Shown: positions 25,837 to 30,077 of the stretch, in pieces
Numbering within the stretch: the first letter of the stretch is position 1
Layout: each line of letters starts with the position of its first letter
Virus record (IMG/VR): IMGVR_UViG_3300010346_002929
Span: 1-30,077 of that record
Direction: 5' to 3' (one strand)
From: a virus
Length of the DNA stretch: 30,077 bases
Notes under the pieces: generated by a model
Database searches by the model: none
Told to the model about the DNA's origin: nothing
Seen by the model: the letters and a program-made list of their open reading frames with translations, nothing else
Position numbers and translations under genes: made by a program

Positions 25837-26646
25837 TCATCTGATTTTTTGGTTAAGTGTGATTACCCATCTCGCAGATGAATTCTCGGCCTTCATGACA
25901 CGAAAGCGATCATCCATCCTACATGCATCTCGCAGGCGAAAGGCTTGAGCTTTCGATATGCCTAGCCTTCCTCCTTTCTGTCCATGTGGTCCATGTAAGT
26001 TGCTGATGTACACTCCGCCGTTTGGGCTCTTCCTGAGTAGGCCGAAGAGTTCATCACGAAGCTTCTTCATGCCTTCAGAGTCTCGCCTGGACTCTTCCTT
26101 TTCGAGAAGCGGAGCCATCTTTTGGACCTTTTCTTCCAGGGCTTTGATGCGCCGAAGTGCTATCGCCAGGTCCTCAGCCATGCGATTTTGCCACTCTTCT
26201 TGAGTCTCAGAGACTTTGATACCAGTCTCAGAGACTTTGTGACCGTCTGCTGATGCTGTATTAGGATTATCACTATCAGCAGGAGCATCAACAGTACCAG
26301 AGACTTTGTTACCTTTCTCTGATATCGTTTTTGTATGAACGTTAGCAGTAGGCTTATCTTCGGTCTCAGAGACTTTGTTACCTCTCTCTGGTATCGTTTC
26401 TGCTGAACCATTATCCTGAGGTATCATCTCAGTCTCAGAGACTTTGATACCTGCGGCCAATAGCGATAATACTTGGCCGTCTGCCTGACGCGCCTGACCT
26501 GTCTCCGTGACCTTGGCCTTGCCTCTGGGCTTCGGCTTGCCTGCGTTCCTGGCCTTAATCTCTGCCCAGCAGGTTGAGCACATGCCGCGCCGCAAGTCCT
26601 TCAGGTCTACTTCTTTCTGGCAGCGCGGGCAGATGGCGAGGCTCAT
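25837..26646 (-). CDS. Candidate replication initiator: Zn finger + repeat linker + coiled coil + wHTH (269 aa)
   Basis: Start moved to ATG 26646 (MSLAICPRC, ATGA overlap). CPRC..CSTC, five KVSET/KVSGT repeats, a coiled coil, and a C-terminal wHTH-like domain (LRDELFGLLRK...RLGISKAQAFRL). The function is inferred from the repeats. Confidence 0.6.
   Translation of the reverse strand: MSLAICPRCQKEVDLKDLRRGMCSTCWAEIKARNAGKPKPRGKAKVTETGQARQADGQVLSLLAAGIKVSETEMIPQDNGSAETIPERGNKVSETEDKPTANVHTKTISEKGNKVSGTVDAPADSDNPNTASADGHKVSETGIKVSETQEEWQNRMAEDLAIALRRIKALEEKVQKMAPLLEKEESRRDSEGMKKLRDELFGLLRKSPNGGVYISNLHGPHGQKGGRLGISKAQAFRLRDACRMDDRFRVMKAENSSARWVITLNQKIR
26203..26520. repeat. Iteron-like 21-bp repeats at an exact 69-bp period
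   Basis: Consensus AGTCTCAGAGACTTTG(A/T)TACC at 26203, 26224, 26293, 26362 and 26431, with a degenerate copy at 26500. Copies from 26224 onward are each exactly 69 bp apart. Confidence 0.9.
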
Positions 26647-26870
26647 TCTCCCTCCAGCTTCTTCTTCCATAGCCAGTCTGGCACAATCACTCGGTCCTGA
26701 AGGACCCTGATCTGGGAGCGAGGCAGCCAGTATGTGCGGACCTTGCCGCGCTTCTCGATCCTCAGAAGGATTGCTTTCTCTGTCTTGGACTCTATGCTGA
26801 TGGACGCCTGGTAGGTGGACTCATCGAGCGTTCTGAACTCGCTTTCTCCGAGCTTGAAGACTTGGCTCAT
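26643..26870 (-). CDS. Small conserved phage protein
   Basis: 75 aa. SKTEKAILL...WLPRSQI...VPDWL matches a phage pattern I recognise (ETEKA...WLPKSQI...PEWL). Confidence 0.7.
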   Translation of the reverse strand: MSQVFKLGESEFRTLDESTYQASISIESKTEKAILLRIEKRGKVRTYWLPRSQIRVLQDRVIVPDWLWKKKLEGE

Positions 26871-27082
26871 GCCACCCTCTCTTGATAGTCTCGTATAGCG
26901 GCTCTGGAGAAGCTATCTGCCTCGCAGAGGTAAGAATATAGCCAGAAGGCAGCGTTCTTCCAGCCTTGGGCATCCTGCGCAGGACTAGAATCGAAGACTA
27001 TCCCTTTTCCTCGCAGATCCGCTAATGCAGCAGGCTGGAGAGCAGCTATACGCTCTAAGGTTTCCAAGAGACGTGCAGTCAC
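26867..27082 (-). CDS. Hypothetical protein
   Basis: 71 aa, coupled to both neighbours by GTGA/ATGA overlaps. Confidence 0.65.
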   Translation of the reverse strand: MTARLLETLERIAALQPAALADLRGKGIVFDSSPAQDAQGWKNAAFWLYSYLCEADSFSRAAIRDYQERVA

Positions 27083-27309
27083 TCTCGTGCCTCCACGCTC
27101 GCCCGGCCTACCATGACGCCCAGCGCCAGGGCCATCTTCTCAACATCAGAGAGTCCATCAAGCAGCGCCACAAGTAGCCTCTCCGGGTACTCCAGGCCAT
27201 CCCCACGGACTCCCCGGGATTCCATGGCCTTCTCTTGGGCCTCTTCATACCGGCGCTCGACCTGGTCCCACTGCTGCTCAGAGAGGCAGAAGGCATCTAC
27301 GACGGTCAA
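27079..27309 (-). CDS. Hypothetical protein (76 aa)
   Basis: Start moved to TTG 27309 (TTGA overlap with the upstream stop, GGAGGT upstream). Confidence 0.55.
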   Translation of the reverse strand: MTVVDAFCLSEQQWDQVERRYEEAQEKAMESRGVRGDGLEYPERLLVALLDGLSDVEKMALALGVMVGRASVEARE

Positions 27310-27587
27310 GGCAAGACCTCCAGCCGGAATAATCCCAGATCCGACTCCCCTGAGTCGCGCCAATATGGCTCGATCTGGGCCTTAAACTCAACATGCTGCC
27401 CTGGCTCTGCTGGTATAGGCCCGTGCCAGTGCCACGGCCTGATCCAGGCATGGTCCAGGTGGCCGCCAATCGGCGTCTCCACGTCAGAGAGCAGGATGAA
27501 CCCCTGCTTGCTCCGGCCTGCATAGCGAGCAGAGAAGCGAGCCCGCGTGATCCCGGCCCGCTGCAGGGCTGCAAGTTCGGGCCTCAT
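27306..27587 (-). CDS. Hypothetical OB-fold-like protein
   Basis: 93 aa with an ATGA overlap. DHAW...GQHVEFKAQIEPYWR beta pattern. Confidence 0.6.
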   Translation of the reverse strand: MRPELAALQRAGITRARFSARYAGRSKQGFILLSDVETPIGGHLDHAWIRPWHWHGPIPAEPGQHVEFKAQIEPYWRDSGESDLGLFRLEVLP

Positions 27588-27823
27588 GCGCTCGCCCCCG
27601 TCGCATTGATCAGCCAGATGCTGTTGTTTCCCTGCAGGATGCTCACGTTAATGGAGTCCCCAATGACGTGGAGCGTATGCAGGCCCGCGCCGGAGCTCTG
27701 GCCGGTGATCTGCAGGGTGACCGCCTGGCCGGTGACTGCGAATACCTCTAGGAGAGCAAACGTCAGGATGGCAACCCAGACGGCAATTGCGGCGATCCAA
27801 AAGATTGGGTTGTCGCGTATCAT
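27584..27823 (-). CDS. Small secreted or membrane-anchored protein, probable glycoprotein (79 aa)
   Basis: Start moved to ATG 27823 (MIRDNPIFW; GGAGGTG upstream, ATGA overlap). Long hydrophobic N-terminus. Sequons NVS, NNS and NAT. Confidence 0.65.
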   Translation of the reverse strand: MIRDNPIFWIAAIAVWVAILTFALLEVFAVTGQAVTLQITGQSSGAGLHTLHVIGDSINVSILQGNNSIWLINATGASA

Positions 27824-28059
27824 ACGCTGCACCTCCCGGCCCGGTCCCTGCCCATGATCACGACTCGCTGGCCTACCAGTGGCCTCAGATCTGCCACGAG
27901 GTCGGGCGAGATCTCGATCATCATGTTCTCGACCTGGGCTATGCCCTCGCCGAGTCCCCGGAGCACTCCGATGCATATGCCGTTGGCCGGCAGGGCGATA
28001 GGTTCAGAGGATTCACTGATGTCAGAAAACCTTATAGCCGCGCAGGCAGATGAACTCAT
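27820..28059 (-). CDS. Hypothetical protein
   Basis: 79 aa, coupled by ATGA overlaps on both sides. Confidence 0.6.
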   Translation of the reverse strand: MSSSACAAIRFSDISESSEPIALPANGICIGVLRGLGEGIAQVENMMIEISPDLVADLRPLVGQRVVIMGRDRAGRCSV

Positions 28060-28328
28060 GAGAATCTCGCCTCCGGAGCTGGGCAGGGATTCTCCCTTCC
28101 CATTATCGCGGCTTTTCCTTTCTCTGTTATAGTTGCTCGAGCAAGCCTCTTTTCTGATCTCCGGTCTACAGAAATGAGCTGCTGAGCCTCAAGATCAAGC
28201 AGGCGTTTATACAGAACGCGTTGGCTGCGTCTATCTAAGAGAGCCTCTGCCGCTCTGGCCAAAGGCTGGCCAGGTCTCTTATCAATCTCCTTCAGGAGCT
28301 TGATATCGATCTCATCTAGTTCGGACAT
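28056..28328 (-). CDS. Winged-helix (MarR-like) DNA-binding protein (90 aa)
   Basis: Start moved to ATG 28328 (TGATG overlap). LDEIDIKLL...LYKRLLDLEAQQLI...ITEKGK. Confidence 0.75.
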   Translation of the reverse strand: MSELDEIDIKLLKEIDKRPGQPLARAAEALLDRRSQRVLYKRLLDLEAQQLISVDRRSEKRLARATITEKGKAAIMGRENPCPAPEARFS

Positions 28329-28555
28329 CACGCCTTCCCGAGCCAGGGAAAGCGGACTGCATACCCAGCACAAACCTCACAAATAGCAAGGTTATTATCC
28401 TTGCAGCGCACGGTAGTATGCAGCCGGGGTTGGTCCTCACAGCCTGCGAAGTTGAGAGGGAACGGCCCTGGCTCTTGATTCTCGTAGCTTTGGCTATCTA
28501 AGTTTTCTTTGATTATATCTCTTTTGGTATTCCCAAGATATCGATTCTCGGACAT
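28328..28555 (-). CDS. Hypothetical protein with putative Zn-binding Cys/His motif
   Basis: 75 aa. C..Q..H....C......CEVC. Confidence 0.55.
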   Translation of the reverse strand: MSENRYLGNTKRDIIKENLDSQSYENQEPGPFPLNFAGCEDQPRLHTTVRCKDNNLAICEVCAGYAVRFPWLGKA

Positions 28556-28590
28556 AATATACCTCTACCTAGCGTGCGGGGCGAAAGTGA

Positions 28591-29274
28591 TCATGCTTTC
28601 ACCCTCGTGTCCTTTTTGCATTTCTGGCAGTGATAGACCTTAACTCTCTGCCCCTCAAATTCACTCACAGTGGAGTATTCAGCCATAGAGCTGCAGTGCT
28701 TGCATACGATTGGCTCCTCATCCACTATGCAGAAGCCCTCAGGATCGTCTCCGGTGCTGATGTTCAGCAGGAGCATTAGTGCATACTTTTTCGCTTGAGT
28801 TTGCGCTTTGGAGAATGCTTTGTCGGAGGAGTCATATCCCTGCCCGATACCTTCACTCTCGATCAGAGCTCCAGTTTCCGAGTCGATGACGGAGAGGGTG
28901 CACTTTGTCGTGACTAACTCCCATACACCTCCCGTCCGGGTAGTGCGCGGTTGGCGGTCCAGTACATCTAGCCGGCAAACTGTCGCGAGCTTTGCCTCGA
29001 CTAATGCCTGATTGACTTTCCCGATAATGGCATCCGAGGAGACATATTTGTAGCCCTGGTCTGCATTTGCCTTGTCTTTCGGCACCACAGCGCAGGTCTG
29101 CATGACTTGGCAGAGCTTCGCTGCCAGCTTCGCGAGGTCCGGGTTGGAATGGCTGCACTGACTGGGATGGCTGTCGCAGAATAGCGGCATGCCATCGAAA
29201 GGCGGGTGGTGAGGTATGAACTCCTGCGGTGCGGCCTCTTGCGGCTTCATGATAGTCTGCTGCTTGGCGGCCAT
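28591..29274 (-). CDS. erf: ERF-family single-strand annealing recombinase with C-terminal Zn ribbon (227 aa)
   Basis: VPKDKAN...GYKYVSSDAI and GQGYDSSDKAFSKAQTQAKKYAL...NISTGDDPE are ERF-superfamily motifs. CKHC...CQKC at the C-terminus. Start moved to ATG 29274 after GGAGGT. Confidence 0.85.
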   Translation of the reverse strand: MAAKQQTIMKPQEAAPQEFIPHHPPFDGMPLFCDSHPSQCSHSNPDLAKLAAKLCQVMQTCAVVPKDKANADQGYKYVSSDAIIGKVNQALVEAKLATVCRLDVLDRQPRTTRTGGVWELVTTKCTLSVIDSETGALIESEGIGQGYDSSDKAFSKAQTQAKKYALMLLLNISTGDDPEGFCIVDEEPIVCKHCSSMAEYSTVSEFEGQRVKVYHCQKCKKDTRVKA

Positions 29275-29276
29275 AG

Positions 29277-29423
29277 CTACACCTCCTTGCTGCCATTCAG
29301 CCATGCTACCCTCTTGGCAGCGTCTTCTCTCGAGTGGTGATCGCTTTCTGGGTGCCATTCCCCAGAAGGTGAGTAGAATCCCACCGTGAAAAGATGGGGT
29401 TCAGATCGGATATAGACGTACAT
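29277..29423 (-). CDS. Small conserved phage protein (48 aa)
   Basis: MYVYIRSEPHLFTVGFYSPSGEWHPESDH...AAKRVAWLNG, a pattern I recognise from phage early regions. ATG 29423 lies 1 nt after the upstream stop. Confidence 0.7.
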   Translation of the reverse strand: MYVYIRSEPHLFTVGFYSPSGEWHPESDHHSREDAAKRVAWLNGSKEV

Positions 29424-29424
29424 T

Positions 29425-29751
29425 TCAGGCCACCCTTGCAGCCCTGCGCACCGGCCTATGATGGATCTCCATCCACCGCCTGCTCTCGGCCTCGATCTCG
29501 GCGCGGCACTCTGCACTCGCTCCCTCCTCCTCGTAATGGCAGCAGTTCCCACATCTGCGCCAGCCATTTCTGAACTCCACCGGCATCCACTTCTCCCCAC
29601 AGACGGGGCATCTTTCGTACTCGTGGGATACCAGAAAGGGCTTCATGCTGCGGATGGCCGCGAGGACTGTCTCTGTGCGACGGTCCTCTGGGATCGATTC
29701 TATCTGGTCCTGCAGACGTTTCTCGACTGCGATTTTCTTGGATCTGGACAT
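29425..29751 (-). CDS. Zn-ribbon protein, first gene of the early operon
   Basis: 108 aa with CPVC...CGNC. GGTGA upstream of the ATG. Confidence 0.7.
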   Translation of the reverse strand: MSRSKKIAVEKRLQDQIESIPEDRRTETVLAAIRSMKPFLVSHEYERCPVCGEKWMPVEFRNGWRRCGNCCHYEEEGASAECRAEIEAESRRWMEIHHRPVRRAARVA

Positions 29752-29879
29752 CGACTTTCACCTGCCCTAATGGGCAATAACCTATTATTACCCAACTGTA
29801 TATAAGTATTTTCCTAATATTTGGAATAAAAAGGAAATAAAGGATAAGTATATATAGTTTAAACCCGTCATGAAGAACT
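29752..29879. promoter_or_regulatory. Divergent promoter / genetic-switch region
   Basis: Minus-strand TTATATAC (29798-29805) with a purine-rich BRE-like flank. Plus-strand TATATATA (29849-29856) lies 24 nt before ATG 29880. Palindromes TGCCC-TAAT-GGGCA (29763-29776) and TTCC-TAATATTT-GGAA (29811-29826). Confidence 0.7.
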
Positions 29880-30077
29880 ATGCGTGAATATACCACAATA
29901 ACGGAAATAGATGAGAGGGGTAGAATGTTGATGCCTCTCGCTGTCCGAAAAGCGCTTGGTATCGAGAATAAAAAAGCGCTGCTAGAAATCAGAGTATCAT
30001 TGGTCGATGCAAAGAAGGAAGAGAGCGAAAACCCTCTGAAGGCCCACGCTCCTGAATTCCTTCTCGCTTCAGCTTGA
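29880..30077 (+). CDS. AbrB/MazE/SpoVT-family transcription regulator
   Basis: 65 aa. TTITEIDERGRMLMPLAVRKALGI matches the idergRi.iP..vR..lgi swapped-hairpin motif. The only convincing plus-strand gene. Confidence 0.85.
   Translation: MREYTTITEIDERGRMLMPLAVRKALGIENKKALLEIRVSLVDAKKEESENPLKAHAPEFLLASA

Larger units (their letters stand above)
1939..30077. mobile_element. Archaeal tailed virus (siphovirus-type provirus), continuing beyond the right edge
   Basis: Colinear terS-terL-portal-MuF/protease-capsid-neck-tail tube-chaperone-tape measure-tail tip-fibre module, plus an early operon and a divergent regulator. Many ATGA/GTGA gene overlaps. No sheath or baseplate-wedge genes. Integrase and att sites are not in the window. 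Confidence 0.93.

Noticed and set aside
26203-26520. CRISPR array (regular repeat-spacer look, 21 + 48 bp)
   Set aside because: The repeats lie in an intact coupled ORF, are short and degenerate, two spacers resemble each other, and there is no leader or cas gene.
28591-29358. Longer ORF-track starts (255-aa ERF, 348-aa, 277-aa, 130-aa, 107-aa and 97-aa versions)
   Set aside because: They overlap real upstream genes. Downstream starts with SD motifs or ATGA-type coupling fit better and were used instead.
1849-29805. Numerous plus-strand ORFs of 60-255 aa (e.g. 8941-9555, 10303-10947, 17285-17848, 24502-25269)
   Set aside because: They are antisense shadows of well-supported GC-rich minus-strand genes, with no motifs or translation signals.

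Overview
About 28 kb of this window (1939 to the right edge) is a tailed-virus (Caudoviricetes, siphovirus-type) provirus or virus genome, probably of a methanogenic archaeon. The host is inferred, Methanothrix/Methanosarcinales-like, from TATA-box promoters, an archaeal-type IS5 fragment and sequon-rich membrane proteins. Nearly all genes are on the minus strand. From right to left: a divergent AbrB-type regulator and switch region; an early operon (ERF recombinase, wHTH and Zn-finger proteins, a candidate replication initiator); terS, terL and portal; a MuF-protease-scaffold polyprotein; decoration and capsid proteins; neck genes interrupted by a four-gene membrane-protein cluster; two tail-tube paralogs; tail chaperones; tape measure; tail tip; a collapsed and an intact tail-fibre gene. 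Left of the fibre lie a 136-bp IS remnant and an AT-rich HEPN (ApeA/YopA-like) gene. No integrase, att site, endolysin or reverse transcriptase is visible. The strongest unexplained signals are: (i) one palindrome, AGTCTC-N-GAGACT, repeated at an exact 69-bp period inside an early gene and again as a perfect 21-bp inverted repeat in the adjacent non-coding DNA, suggesting an initiator-origin module; (ii) the membrane cluster as a possible new egress system; (iii) the nested MuF-protease-scaffold gene; (iv) the deleted, amber-interrupted fibre paralog. All product calls come from motif recognition by eye, without database searches.
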